Below, piece by piece: positions 1-14,300 of a DNA stretch of 64,000 nucleotides (positions within the stretch are counted from its first letter, which is position 1; each line of letters opens with the position of its first letter). The DNA lies in assembly GCF_009834535.1 (NCBI RefSeq), contig NC_045697.1, positions 79,176,001 through 79,240,000 on the forward strand, written 5' to 3'. The translations under genes were made by a program, and so were the position numbers. The notes under the pieces were generated by a model. That model saw only the letters and a program-made list of their open reading frames with translations, was not told the DNA's origin and did not search any database. This DNA is from Camelus ferus (taxonomy: Eukaryota).

Positions 1-1029
1 TCCAAATTCCTTTACATGCCACCATCATGCAGAGTATGATAGCCTACCTTTTCTACCTCTTTAATATCCTTTACATATTTGAGTCCACTTTCACATCATT
101 CTGCAATAGGAGAATGGTTATACAGAAACTTGGTTCATTTAGAGACAGCTCTCAGAGACATAAGGATTGTGTATAAATAAATGTCAGTGGATGACTTTGG
201 AGAGCTCTAGATTTTTTTTTTTAAAGGAATATAGACTTCTGTTTTCTTTAAATCATTGTCCAGAGCCTCTTGGTTTCAGCTGCTCAACTTTTACCATAAC
301 TAACTCACCTGAATATACATACTTTTGAATACAGTGGTTGGTTGCTGCTCATATTATTTCTTACCTCCCCCTTCCCTCCAGGGCATATGGCTATATTCAT
401 GGAAGTTAAATGCACATGTGGTATGACTTTAACCATTTTTTCCACAGTTCAGCTTTATTTTATATGATACTGATATATTCCTAAAGGACTTTTCTAGCTT
501 CTTACATCACTTTGTCCTTTATCCTTTTCACTCCTTGCACTTAAGTCTTATGTCTTGGATTTACTGTCTTGGATTTACTACATTTATTTTTTTTCTCTTG
601 TACCTCCTTTCTTGACTTCTGCTTCTATTGTATTATGTCCCCATTGAGATTCTGACACTTCTCCCCATCACCTCTCATTTTCCAGTCCATCCCCCACACC
701 AGATGATTTTTATCTTCTAAATATTTCTTTACTCTATCCACTTCTCTCATTGACAACACTCTAATCCAGGCTATCATCATTTCTTCCCTACGCCCAAAAT
801 TTAATTGCATACATTATTCCCATTATTCCCTCACTCTCTGCATTTATCCCCACTCACTTCTCTAGGATTCACATGGTTCCTGACACTTGCAGGAACAGCT
901 TCTTATGAGGACCCACATTTACTCCTCTAAGTTGAAGGAAATAATGGTGCTTCATTCCCCCTCTAGTCACTTTAAGTATAATAAACATTGATTGATTAAG
1001 TTTTTGATTTAGGGTAGTGATTCTTAACT

Positions 1030-1440
1030 GGAATATTCATTTAAGTCTCATTTTCATACATGTAGCTCAGGTTCATTCATTTCTACTCCTTTGTAGTGTT
1101 TTATTGTGTGAATAAGCCATAATTAAATTAATCTTTTCCCCTGTTGATAAGCATTTAGAATATTTCAAGATTTTTTTACTATTACAAACTACTTCAGTTA
1201 ACATTCTTATAAATATTTCTTTGTACACATGTTCTAGAGATTTTTTAGGTATATATACTCAGAAATTGAATTGCTGGTTCGTAGCTCATACACATCTTCA
1301 AATTTACTAGAATATATCAAAATCTTCAAAGCAGTTATACCAGTTTATACTTTTGCAGACAGTGGGATTTCATTGTTCCATTTCTAACGCTTGGTATTAT
1401 CAGATATTTTTCCTAATCTCTTAATGTGAAATTCTATCTA
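1030..1440 (-). mobile_element. Old L1M 3' fragment
   Basis: Typical antisense L1M motifs (ggtatatatactcagaaattgaattgctgg; gcagttataccagtttatac). Confidence 0.6.
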
Positions 1441-1732
1441 TTATTTGTATTAAAATTTTACTGTGTTTCTATATATCAGCAATAAACAGATAATGTATAT
1501 TTTAAAAATTACTTTCTGTGTAAGCAATTAAAAATACAAAAAACTAGGAATAAGTCGATAATAGATGTATAAGACCAAAACAACAGTTAAAAAAAAAACT
1601 AAATAAATGGAGGACAATACCATGTTCATAGACAGAAAGATCTGAATTCAGTGCAGTTCCAGCAGTTGGACTGAACTTAACCGGCTGATTACACCAATTT
1701 TTATGGAAGAGCAAAGGATGAAAAATCACATG

Positions 1733-2995
1733 GGGAAGGCATGTCAAAAACCAAGATGCTGGAAGCTAGGCCTCTTGGGTCAGTTAGCCAAGTTGTGAAT
1801 CCAAAAGAAAAGTCCCTGAAGGAAATTAAAAGTGCTACTCCACTGAACACATGAATGGTAAGGAAAAACAGCTTCATTGCTGATACGGAGAAAGTTCGCG
1901 TGGTCTGGGTAGATCAGAACAGCCACAACACTCCCTTAAGCCAAAACCCAATCCAGAACAAGACTCTTAACTCTCTTCAATTCTGTAAAAGCTGAGAGAG
2001 GTGAGAAAACTACAGAAGAGAATTTTTAAGCTAGCGGATGTTGGTTTATGAGGTGTAAGGAAAGATGCCATCTCCATAACATAAAAGTCCAGGGGAGAGC
2101 AGCAAGTGCAGATGTAGAAGCTGCAGCAAGTTATCCAGAGATCATTAATGAAGGTGACTATACTAAACAACAGATTTTCAATGTAGATGAAACAGCCTTC
2201 TCTTGGAAGAAGATGCCATGTAGGACTTCCATAGCTAGAGAGAAATAAATGTCTGGCTTCAAAGCTTCAGAGGACAGGCTGACTCTCTTTTGTTAGTGTC
2301 TAATGCAGCTGATGACTAAGTTGAAGCTAGTGCTCATTTACCATTCCAAAAATCCTAGGGCCCTTAAGAATTATGCTCATTCTACTCTGCCTGGGCTCTA
2401 TAAATGGAACAACAAAGCCTGGATGACAACACATCTGTTTACAACATGGTTTACTGAATATTTTGAGCCCACTCTTAAGACCTACTGATCATTAAAAAAA
2501 GATCCTTTCAAAATATGACTGCTCATCAACAATGCACCTGGTCACCCAAAAGCTCTGATGGAGATGTACAACAAGATTAATATTGTTTTCATACCTAGTA
2601 ACACAACATCCATTCTGCAGCCCATGGATCAAGTTGTAATTTCGGCTTTCAGGTCTTACTATTTAAGAAATACATTATGTAAGGCAATAGCTGCCAAAGA
2701 TAGTGATTCCTCAGATGGATCTGGGAAAGGTAAATGTAAAGCATTCTGGAAAGGATTCACCCTAGATGTCATTAAGAACATTCATGATTCATCAGAAGAG
2801 GTCAAAATATCAACATTATCAGCAGTTTGGAAGCAGTTGATTCCAACCCTAATGGATGACCTTGAGGAGTTTAAGACTTCAGTGGAGAATGTAACTGCTG
2901 AGACAGTGGAAATAACAAGAGGACCAGAATTAGAAGTACAGTTTGAAGATGTGACTGAATTGCTGCAATAGCGTGATAGAATTTTAATGGATGAG
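1733..2995 (+). mobile_element. Tigger1 (TcMar-Tigger) internal fragment with decayed pogo-like transposase
   Basis: Broken ORFs 2048-2248 ([16 protein letters not shown]), 2303-2488 ([10 protein letters not shown]) and 2558-2971 ([13 protein letters not shown]) are pogo/Tigger DDE motifs; frameshifts and stops; no terminal repeats seen. Confidence 0.9.
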
Positions 2996-3779
2996 AGGAA
3001 TAAGAGGGTAGAGGTGCTTAGTGAATATAAATTCAGAAGAAGTTTAGTTTTACAATTCAAATAACTCATCCCCTTGGAGCAGTACCTGCCACTGGGTCAG
3101 ACAGCTCAGTTCCTTGAACCAGGACCCTTCTGCAGATAGGCTTTGGATGAACCCTGCTAATATTCGTTTCTGTGTTTTTTGGTCTTCCATTTTCTCAACA
3201 CATTCTTCTTTTAGATGCCATCTTACTCTCTTTCCTTTAAGTCTTAAAACCCAGGAGCCATTCATTCCCCTAAGGTGACCCAGCTTATCAAGGTAACTGA
3301 TCCATTCTGCATTGCTTTTATAGTTTTAATTTTTTCCCTATATGTCTAACTTATTGAGAGATATCCCTTATTGAGGGATAACTATCCCTTATTGAGGGAT
3401 AACTCACTCTTCCTTTCTCTCCCGGGAATAGGCTATACTTCTATTTTTCCATAGTGATTAGAAGTAAAATCCTTAAAAGCAATAGGTATGTGTATGTATT
3501 GGTGAGAACATGAAGCATATGTATGGGAGGGGAGAGATTGCTGACATTGCATCTTTGCAGCCATTCTTCCTTGGGATAGGAAAAGAAAACAAGATGAATT
3601 TCCTGGGTTTGAAGCAAGAAAGAAAACAGTAGTGTTTTTACTGATCTGAGATTGAGAAGTAGCCACAAGGTTAATTATAGAAAGTACTCTAAAGGAGGTT
3701 TTGGACGGATGTTAATGTTTCTAGGCTTAGAATTTGAATAGAGAACCCTAATCTAGACTCAATATATGGATGTCAAGTT

Positions 3780-5195
3780 CAGAGCACCTAAAACCATAAA
3801 CGTGCTCCTTTCCCAGATTCCTTCATCTCACTAAATGGCAACTCCATTCTAGTTGTTCAGGCCAAAAAGTTAGGAGCATCCTTGATTTTTCCTTTTTACA
3901 TACACTCTTACAGCTAATATATTAGCAAATTGTCAACCTTTTCTTCAGAACTACTTCTCATAACTTCAGTTTCGTCATCCAAGCTACCATCATTTTTCTG
4001 CTATAGTATTATGATAGATTCCTAATTAGACTTCTTAAAACTTATGGCAGATCATCTATTCAGGATCTTCCAATGAAGTTTTTATATAGCTAATAAATTC
4101 TTAAAGAATGATAGAAATAAAAAATAATGATTTTTTACCTTCTAATGAAATAATAGAGCTGAAAATGATTTATCAATGGATGTTGAAACCATTTAGTAAA
4201 ATGTTGGTGGGAAGCTTTCTAATGGATGCGTTAGGCTAACAATACCTGAACCTACGGATCATTCTCAGTGTCAGCAAAAGTGAGGCAGACAAAAATAAAA
4301 CTCCTTGTAATTTGATTAAGTAGCACATACCACATATAAAGGGTTCTTGCCTTAAAAAATTGCACTCAATATAATCAAGCTTTTAAATCAGATTACCAGC
4401 ACAGAGGATAGAGGAAACATTTAAACAACACCAAGAGGAAAAATACTAGGAAGTGATCCTGGAAGTAAGAAATTCTACAGGACAAGTGACATGATTTCTC
4501 TAACAAATCAATGGCATGAAAAAAGGTAATGGTGCAGGGAGGAGGGCTGTTACAGACGTTAAGAGGCCTAACAGGTAACTGCAGTGTGTAAACCTTGTTT
4601 GAAATCTGATTTGAACAAATCATGTATAAAAAAAGATAATCAGGGAAAAAGTGAACGCCAAAGACAAATATTTGTGAATTCTCATCTAATTGAGAATAAA
4701 ACCTAAAATCTTTCCCATGGCCTGGCCTGTGGTCTGACTCTGGCTCTTTCTCAGATCTTATCTCCCTTTCTCCTCCACTGCAGCTGTTCAGGCCCCCTAC
4801 TTTCTTAGAATATGCCAAGCACAGTTTTGCCTCAGAGCTTTTGTGTTTTTCCTCTGCTTATAATTCTTTTCTTCCCGATATCTAGTTGACTGGCTTCCTC
4901 ATTGCCTTGCAGGTCTTTGTTCTAATTTTGCTTTAACAGAAAGGGCTGCCCTGACCACTCCATATGAAATAACCTCCCTTTCCCAGTCACTATCCTCACT
5001 TACTTTGAGATACTTGTTTTCTCATAGCATATCCCACCATCTGATGCATTTATCTGCTTGCTTGTTGTCATTCATCCCCAAGAGTGTTAGCTGCAAGGTG
5101 GCAGTCTTTATCTGTTTTATTGACAGTTGTATTGTCAGCACCTAGAACAGTGCCAGGCACTTAGTACCTACTCAATAAGTACTTATGAAATAAAA
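3780..5195 (+). mobile_element. L2 3' region, interrupted (~4100-4680) by another old element (probably L1M)
   Basis: L2-like motifs (catctcactaaatggcaactccattct; cacctagaacagtgccaggcacttagt...ctcaataagtacttatgaa). Confidence 0.65.
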
Positions 5196-8046
5196 ATATA
5201 AACACTTGAGGCCACATTTAATAGATAAGTATCTCCTTTTCTCTCTTAAGTTGTTCCACTTGTATTCTCATCCTTACCTAGAAGTAATAAAGGATTGCCA
5301 AGAGCCTCACTCCTCATTCTAGAACAAAACTGTGAGTCAGAAAACACAAAATATCAAGACAGTTTATAACCAGAAACACTGAAAAAGTTATATTCTAAAT
5401 GTGTTAGGCTTTTAGGCATCCAATAATATAGAAAGATTTTAATTTCAGTTTCTTTCATTTACTAATGAGAAAGCTCTCTGAAATATGAAATGAGACTTTC
5501 AAACAATTGGCTTTCTAATTACTTCTCAAATATGTACCACAATATTTCTCATTTTCTTTTCAGATAAATTCCAGGATACAGCCCCTGAGTTTGCCAAATT
5601 GAGTATTTATTTACTTTAATCTATCAATATAATCTTAGCATTTGTGGTAGTAGGAGTCAGTATATGCCTTTGTGAATAATAAGGTCTGAATTTAATCTAT
5701 CTTAAAAGAAAGCTTGAATTTTTCCCCAAACTTATTATGCTTTTCTGTTTACCTATTATTATATTTATATATATTACTATTTCTTAATTTTCTTTTTTGT
5801 CATTCTATCACTTAGACTCATGTTTATTTATTACTCAGGACTTTGATTATAGGGACAGAAACCCAGATTAAACTATCTTAGGCAAAAGGTGGAATTTTTT
5901 ATAAGGGTACTAGGTTTCTCAAGTACTAAGCAAACTATGGGCAGAGCAGAGCAGGGGTGTAACTGGTCCTTAGGGATGACTTCAATACTGTGAGAACACT
6001 TAAAAAAAAAACACTCTCTCAATCGATTTCAATACTCTCTGCAGATTGTCAGAACCCTAACCCATAGCACCTTCCTAGAGCTCTCAGGAGAAAACTCTGT
6101 CTCTCTACTCAGTTTCCATATAACTCTGAGCCATTCAAATGAGGTCTGGGGGATAGCTATGGTCTAGGTTGGTCAGATAATCAGAGAGAGTCGTTCAAGA
6201 GCATGAACATCCTCACAATAGTTAGATGTGAATAAAGGGGACAAAAAAGGGAGACATTTACAATAGCCAACACTTTGGACTTCTACTAAAGTTAGCTATA
6301 TGTCTATGAATAATTAGAACAGAACACAGTATTCTGCCATCTAATGTAAGTGTAGTGCAATAGTTACTTCCTTGGGTTTATACAGTCTTAACTTTAGACT
6401 TTGCTTCAGCAGTGAAGTCACACTTGATGGCCTATACTGTGATACTTAGTATTACTGAACTTTATTCTACTATTCGGTTAAATCACTCAGTAAGCCTAGA
6501 AGAGGAAATAGATTAATCAGAAACAGATTTTTCATTCAGGGAAGAGAGAGATGGTTGCTGGGAGAGAGCATATAGTACTTTAAGCATAAATCCTAATGTC
6601 AGAACACAGTGCTACTAGAAAGCTAAACTCATTTCTGTTTTTATTTGAGAAATGGGGAAGATTAGAAGGATGCAGGCACTAGTTGCTTAGAGAATTAAAG
6701 GTATTTATACTGGATATGTTACATGAATCAATAGATCTGTGGAATGGCAATACCAAATGTTCTGCTTTTTACCTATGATCTCTTAATGGTCAATAAAACT
6801 GCGTTATATCTGTTAGCAAATAAAGATTGTACCAGGAAAAATAGCACCTTTAATTTCATTGCTTTTTTAAAATTCTTTATGATAAAAAAATTTAGTTTTG
6901 GTAACATGGCATTCTCTTTTACTAAATCTGTCTGCTTCTTCTGCACGCACATACATACATAATACTCACAAAGCATTCTGATCTCTCCTAACCCCAGGAT
7001 TCTTACCATCTCTTAAAGGGGTACTTTCTGTCCAAGAGTCCTGATACATTAGGAACTCAGTGTAATTTTGGTTCCCTGTGAGAGGATGGAGAGTCTCTCT
7101 GTCATCAATTTAGGCAGCAATAACAAGATCCACATTGTAAGTGAAAGTCTTACCTCCTAACACTCCAGTAGTACAGGGGTTTGAGTGGCTGTGTCCCAAA
7201 CCAGCTTTCATACTATATTAGTTAGAGGACATATAGTTTATAATAGAGTGTGGTCAAATCTTTGGAGCGAGTATAACAAAGGAGATGCTTACTTGACTAC
7301 ATGTAGGTTTCACTAGTAGGAGCAGAAGAGAGTGATTAGAATTTTTTAATGTTAGCTTTACTGAGGTATAAGCTACAAAGTTGTAAGATATTTAAAGTGT
7401 ACATCATGGTGATTTGATACATATATACATTGTGAGGAGAAATTAAAACTGAAGTTAATATTGGACCCTAGTTGGAAAAATTAATGTAATGAATTATTTG
7501 GCTAGTGTATATGTGCATTGATTTTCTTTTTCTTTTATTAGTGCAGACGTGAGAAGAGAACAAAAAGCACCTAAGCTTTGTATAAACATGATCCGACTAT
7601 CTAACCACTCTTAATATATTGCATATATCTTTTTAGATTTTTGTTGTTTTGCAAATGTTTAACAAAATTGGGAGCATACTCTTATACATTATTTAACACA
7701 CCAATATTTTAGCAAGTTACTTTTCTTGATACAGTAAAAATAATGAGATAAACTTAAATTTAATTATATTCTGTTCCATGTGGTAAATATAGTAAGTTAA
7801 TTTATTATTACAGTTTTAGTAAATATTAGGACCAGTAGAAAAATATTGGTTGACCAAACACTTAAATCCATAACTAAGTTAAAAAATCTGGACTATTTAC
7901 ATTGTTAGGTAAGTGTGGTGGTTTCTTTTTTCAAATATAAGGTACTGCATATTAGTGAATTTGAGGAAATGTTTTATGCCATGATATTAACTCAGTTTTA
8001 GGATTAATTGTGATTTTTAAAGTTGTTTTTCTGTTTTTCTTCCCAG

Positions 8047-8095
8047 ATCCAAGTATTTTAGAACATGCTCAAGAGGTGAGCACTTAACTATAGAG
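8047..8095 (+). CDS. AP1AR: AP-1 complex-associated regulatory protein (gadkin), coding exon 2
   Basis: ttcccag|A TCC AAG...ATA GAG|gtaagc; 49 nt, translates SKYFRTCSRGEHLTIE, matching my recall of human AP1AR; phase 2 to 0. Confidence 0.95.
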
Positions 8096-9608
8096 GTAAG
8101 CAGAGTCGTGAATCTGATTGGACAAAAGTACTGTCAGAAGGACAGGAAGGACATTTGTTGTTGTTGTTCTTAAGGGAGAAAGGCCTGGACCTAAATTTAG
8201 TATGGTACTAAATTTTCATATACTTCAATATTGTTGATGCTAGTGAACAGGGAAAGCATTGGGAACAGTGAATAGGGAGAATCATCTTGCAAAAGATTAA
8301 GGTCCTGTTCTTCTAATAGAATTGCTCTTTCTACTTTAAGAAGTAGTGTTTTGTTTTCGCCTTTTTTCTGCCCTACACAACTGAGGCAGAGGGTACTCTT
8401 CTATCAGTTATAGTGGCTCTGTAGACAGTGATTCTAGAGACAGGTCACTGACCTGCTAGTTGAGGTGTGCCAGAATCAAAGCAGCTAGTTGATTTTCTGC
8501 AACTCCACTGTATGAAACTCTGAGTTGCTTATTCTTTGTATATAAGGACATAATGATAGAGTCTACCACTTACTCAGTCCCAACTATGTACCAGCTATTT
8601 TATCATACAGTTTATGAATGTACAATTTTTACTACAATTCTGTTAAACAGGTAGCAGTCACCCCACTTTATCAGCGATAATTAGAGGCTTAGACAGGTGA
8701 AGAAATTGGACTATATTACACAACCTGTAAGTGGCAGAACCTACAGCCAGTCCAAAACTGCATTCTGTCTTAAATAAAGAAGCATATAAACCAAGAATTC
8801 TTTTTTTAAAACAGATTACAAACCAGCACAAAATATATGTTCAAGATAATAATTTTAAGCACTTTTAAGTCATCGCTTTAGAGTCTTGTATTTTCTAAGC
8901 CTTTTGAATTCATTGTTTTCTTGATCTTTAAACAATGAAACAATATTAAAATAGAACAATTTTCCATTCTTTCAAGTGGTTATTTGTCAAATTATTTGAA
9001 GTATAAATATTTTAATAATATAATTTAATAGTAATGACTTTCATTTGGTCATTTGACATGACATTCATCCCTTCATGATCAAATTGTTTACATTCCTATC
9101 CCTAGAAGGACACTGCACTGGGGATTAGCATCTACCGTCTAGTAGATTTTCAGTAAATAGTTATATGAATGAATAGATGAATAAATATAAATATTACAAG
9201 AGAAATTCTTATTTGAGTGTTTTTTAAGTCTGTTTGTTGAGGGACTTCTTATTAAATAATTTTTTCCAAACTCAAGTGAAGTAAAAAATTCTGGCAGTGT
9301 GAGTTTAAAACACCCATGAAATATTCAATTCAGGTGAAAGTTTTAGTTTATGTTTCTGATTTATGTAGAAAATTGCTGTAATTCTTTTCTTTTTCATATA
9401 GTCATAAATGGTATATTCTCGTCTTGGCTGTCTTATAGAACTGTTAAATGTATCAAATGGACTAGTGTGTAAAAAGACATAACTTATACTTTATCTTAAA
9501 AATATAAAGGTATGTTATTTTTGAAATGAAAAAGTGACTTAAAATTTTTTGTGAAATAGATACTTTAGACAAAGATTCATCCTAACACTTACTTTCTTGT
9601 TGTTTCAG

Positions 9609-9635
9609 TTTGAGAATCTAGTAGAAAGTGATGAA
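9609..9635 (+). CDS. AP1AR: AP1AR coding exon 3 (27-nt microexon)
   Basis: tgtttcag|TTT GAG...GAT GAA|gtaagt; FENLVESDE; phase 0 to 0. Confidence 0.93.
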
Positions 9636-11148
9636 GTAAGTATTTTCACATAAGTAGAAAATTTATATTTGTTTTTGTTAGTTCTAACAATCATTTTTAA
9701 AATTTTTATTTTTATTTTAGAATTTTTAGTGTTTAGTTTTACTTTTTAGTTTCTTTTACTAATTTATATTAACAAATAATTCAGATTTTTCTACTATATA
9801 ACATATAAAACTAATATACTATGTATAGTTTCATATATCAATTATATATTATATCATATATATATTAAAAAACAGGTTTTTAAAGCATTCTACAGAACCT
9901 GAAGAACTTTTTAAAAGATATTTCTAACCTCTTGCCATTAAGTAGGTAAAATTCCTCAACAATCCAGAGTAAACCCATTCCTTAACTATAATTTTCATAG
10001 ATTTCTGAGGGTGAAATTTATTCATGTTTGTTCTATGATCACTTTCTGACTTAAGCGATTATCTTTTTTATCATTTATTCTTTTTGTTGATTTTTACATT
10101 TCACTTCATCTAAAAATCTGTTTTAAGATGCATCCCAAATACAGAAATGTTAAAATGGAAAAAAAAGTGCATTTTAGAATTAGTGACATATGGTGTGTAT
10201 TTTTTATGCACTGGCATAGTTATAAGAGTTTTAGTTTCTATGTTAATTTCCAGCTTCACTGAACTGTTAGATGCGTTTGTGCAAATTACTTAAACTTCTT
10301 TGGGCCTACTTTCCACATCTCTAAAGTAAATTTGATTAGAAGAATACTACAAGCTTTTTTTTCCCCATCATTTTTGTTTTTTAAGGAAAGAAGAAAATGT
10401 ACCAAACCAAATTTAAATTATTCTTTAGCCAAGCGCCCAGAGTGTGTACAGAATGCTAGTCTCAGAGTGTAAATTATCATATTAAAGGTTCTGAGAAGAA
10501 CTGTTAAAGAAAATTATTTAAACTTGTTCAATTTAGCATTTCCCAAATTAATTTGGGTATAAATCTGTTTTTAAATAGTAATGCATATTTATTATCTGGT
10601 AGAACACATTTGGGAAACTGTCTTAGCCTTTTGTTTTCCCAGTGAATTTCTCCCAAATATTTTAATGTTTATTTAGTTTATTCCCCTTTCAAAGGTTACT
10701 TTAATTCTATTTTTTAAAACAAACTCTTAACATATTTTTAAAGTTTCTGGCTAGTACTAAATGTCAGAGTTCTGTCAACCTTCAGCCTTCATCCCTGCAT
10801 CATACTGCTTTTAAAAGAATTTGTGGTTCAGTGTGTTTTCCTAAGGTACGTTTTGTTTGCTTAAGTTTTTTGTTTGTGTTTGTTTTTGCTAACCAGTCTT
10901 TTTCTCTTCATGTCATAGTGTTTGGTTTAATCGAAAGTCATATCCTGTATCGTAGAGCTTTTTCCTAAGTTAATTTGGATCATTTGGTGGAATTTTATTT
11001 CTGCTGTTGTTTAGTCATATATTTTAACTGTGAGATGTGAATAGCTTAAATGTGTACATAAATTCAAATCACTCGAAAGTATTTAGGTTTTGTTTTGAAG
11101 GAAAAAAACTATAGGTAAAATGCTATAATCCTGTGAAAGAGGACAAAA

Positions 11149-11908
11149 CAGTTGATTCTCATTATTTGTGGTAGTTACATTCTATAAAGTTGCTGAATGC
11201 TGAATTAGTGAATACTGAAACGTTACTCCTAGGGGAAATACAGGTTAGGTTCCTACAGGCTTCTGGTCACAACATTTTCGTCAGCTGATCAAATATATAA
11301 CCTTGTTTTATGTTTCTCTTTGATACCTTATTTTAATGTATATTATTGATTAAGTTTTTTTTTAATTTTATTTTGTTAGGGGTGGGGGGATAATTAGGTT
11401 TATTTGTACTGGAGATTGAACCCAGGACTTTGTGCATGCTAAGCATGCACTCTACTACTAAGCTGTACCCTCCCCCCAGAGTCATTAACCTTGAATTCAC
11501 TACCAACAGCACTAAAAATTCATGCCTGAATGAAGTTTATGTAACACACGTATTTTCTCTATAAGGTATGTCACACCTTGTAATGAGGAACAATAGATAA
11601 CACTTCAGTACTACACATGAGGGTCATTTTAAACAGCAAAATCACCAATAAAAATAGCACAAAAATGCAAAAAACTGACACTGAATAGACTACAGAGAAG
11701 GCACAGTATGAGTGCTGAAACAAGGCAGAGCATCACCTTCCACCTCAAGTGGGCATGTATACATTAGGCAACTCAGATTTTTGCTGCTCTGTGCAAGTTT
11801 ATGAATGACCACAGAAGTGCAGGGAGTAATGGTTTTGATATTGAAAATAAATTTTAGCTCATAGGTGAATTTGCATATACAGAATCTGTGAATAATGAAG
11901 ATCGGTTG
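11149..11908 (+). mobile_element. MER82-like Tigger-family non-autonomous DNA transposon
   Basis: Terminal inverted repeats CAGTTGATTCTCATTATT ... AATAATGAAGATCGGTTG followed by TA; internal sequence as I recall for MER82. Confidence 0.75.
11354..11478 (-). mobile_element. tRNA-derived SINE (Vic-1-like) nested in the MER82-like element
   Basis: Reverse complement reads GGGGAGGGTACAGCTTAGTAGTAGAGTGCATGCTTAGCATGCACAAAGTCCTGGGTTCAATCTCCAGTAC plus A-rich tail. Confidence 0.8.
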
Positions 11909-12230
11909 TAAATGTTGAGTGCATAGAGAGTATGTTGTCTAGTCATCTTGACCCCAGACGTTCATTTGGTATAGAGTAAATATTTATTATAAAAAATTAG
12001 GAAATGTCCAGGAATTGGTTGTTATATAATTAAGGTAGATATTAAACTGAATTTTGCCTTTGAGAAGAGGTAAAATGTTAAAGCTTTTTGTTTAAAACAC
12101 TTTTAATAATGAAATTTCTTATGATAAAACAGATAAGCAGAAAATATCTTAAGTAAAAATTTTATTGGCTTGCCTTAAATAGAATTCAGTTAGTGAAATT
12201 TGTTTAATTGTTTAATTAATTTTTGTACAG

Positions 12231-12256
12231 GGGGAAAGCCCAGGAAGCAGTCATAG
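12231..12256 (+). CDS. AP1AR: AP1AR coding exon 4 (26 nt)
   Basis: ttttgtacag|GGG GAA...CAT AG|gtaagg; GESPGSSH(R); phase 0 to 2. Confidence 0.93.
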
Positions 12257-12759
12257 GTAAGGCTTTTTAAAAATTTTTTTAAAAACGACTTCTATGTGAA
12301 CTGTAAGAAGCTTTCTAAGAATCCAGGCTCTGACATTTGCTTGCTTTGAGGCATTAAACAGTTTATATTTTAGGACCTTGGTTTTCTCTTTCTATAAGAT
12401 TGAGGCAAGTGTTAACATATCTCAAAAGATTGTTTTGAACATGGAAGAATTTAATATACATATGTGCCTACCTAAGTGCTTTCCTATTGAACTTATGCAT
12501 ATTTTATTTTTAAAAAACTATCTAATATCGATAAATACATTTCTTTGAATTTTTTAAAACTTTATCCCCCTTTTCTTTCCTTATGACATTCTAAAACTTG
12601 TTTACTAATCATGTTTTTTTTTTTTAATCTTATGTAAGTAATACCTCAAAAAACTAAAAGCACAAGAAATAAAAACAAAACCCTAGGCAGAAGTTAGGGC
12701 TAGAGGAACAAAAGTAGGTGACATTACCTTATACATGGCTAGTTAAAACCATGATAATT

Positions 12760-14300
12760 TTCAAGACCTGAGGTTGGGGAAGAGGAGAAAGTGGGGTGGT
12801 TGGAGCTTGGAGAGAGAGCTGTGATCTGAGGATTGAATAGACAGACCCTAGAAGAGGAGTCAGAAGATAACCAAGAAGCAGTGGGCGCATAAAGAAGAAT
12901 CAGTAAAGCATGGAAAGCCAAGGATAGAAGACAGACTGACAGACAGATAGAATGGGGGGAAGGGTCAACACTGGCACATGAAACTGGAGTAATAAAATAA
13001 GAACTTAAAACTGTCTATTGTATTTGGCAACAAAGAAGCCATTGATTACCCTTGCTTAAGTTATCAGACTGATGAAAGCAGAGGCAGACTGTCAGGAGTT
13101 AATGAGAGAATAGGAAGTAAGGACACAGAACGTAAAGGAAACACAGTAGTTAAGAGCAAGGACCTAGACTACTTGGGTTCAAATTCTTGCTTTGCCACAT
13201 ACTATATGACTTACTAGGACTTAATCTTAACCTGTCTTTGTCTCATTTCCCTCATATATATGACCCTTATATCTACCTTACAGGGTTTTTGTGAGAATTA
13301 AAATTAGTAATATGTGTAAAGCACATAGATGAGAACTTGACACATAGTAAGTGCTAGATGTGCTATCAATAAACTTTTGATTTCAGAAATTTTGGCTGAA
13401 ATGGGAAGGAGAAGGAGCAGTAGTTAGAAATAGATACAGGTCAAGTTAAAGTTTTTCTTTCCTTCTTCCTTTCTTCAATGAAGAGAGGTGAAAACAGACA
13501 AAAAGGGTAGACTAAAGATGAAAGAGAGGCCCTAATTGATGGAGCAGTGTCCCACAGAATTCCCTGGGGTGGGGTGGGGTGGTGTGGGGTGAGGTGACAC
13601 CAGTGATAAATAAGTCAAGTACAAGTATGGCAGTGGCGACCTTGAACAAGTTAAAAAATGCTACCTCTTTAGAGGAAAGAGGATAGACTTAGATAAGAGG
13701 AGAACTGGCAAGAAGATGAGGAATTTGATGGTTAGAGACATGTCTCAAAGTGGGGTGATATTGACTTCTAAGAGAAAGGAGTTCGAATGATAATTTAAGG
13801 AGTGTGTATGTGAAGGTTTTGAAGTAGTTAGCATAAGATATAAGAGGGAGTTGGCCATGTGTAAGTAAAGGTTTATTGCTAGGGGCTGAGGGCTAATAGA
13901 TATTGGATTTTCTTTAGCATCTCTGAGCAGAAAGGGTTAGTCATGATCCAAGGTCAGAGAGTGCGTAATCTGGGTGAATAAGGCATAATGATAGGCATGC
14001 AAGAAGGTGAGTATGCAGGTAAGAGAGTACTTCAGATTTGCCATGGAGTCCCCACTGGTTATAAGTGAAGTGACGCCAGATAGACTACTGGGAGAAAATG
14101 GAAGGATCAAGGGCCTGGGGTGACCAGAGGGGTTGAGCAGAATAAATAGGAGGGGAGTGAGTATGAGAGCCGAGAGTCCCAGAATGATACAGGGGCTGAG
14201 GTCAGCGTAGCGTACAAAAGTTTGTATTTTATGATGAACATTTTGGGATATGGTCAGATGGCTGAAACAGAGCCAAAGTAAAGGTAAATGGAGGTGAATG
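12760..14300 (-). mobile_element. L2 fragments with a MIR (~13140-13370)
   Basis: Purine-rich antisense L2 pattern; MIR core (gggttcaaattcttgctttgccacatacta...cacatagtaagtgct). Confidence 0.55.

Noticed and set aside
551..578. 14-bp tandem duplication (TGTCTTGGATTTAC x2); similar small duplications near 24240 and 51365
   Set aside because: Ordinary slippage events with no evident function
2048..2971. Transposase ORFs as a domesticated TIGD-like gene
   Set aside because: Split by stops and frameshifts; ordinary Tigger1 fossil
5541..5610. Possible poison exon in AP1AR intron 1 (strong acceptor at 5563, immediate TAA)
   Set aside because: Only a weak donor (TGA|gtattt) follows; insufficient support
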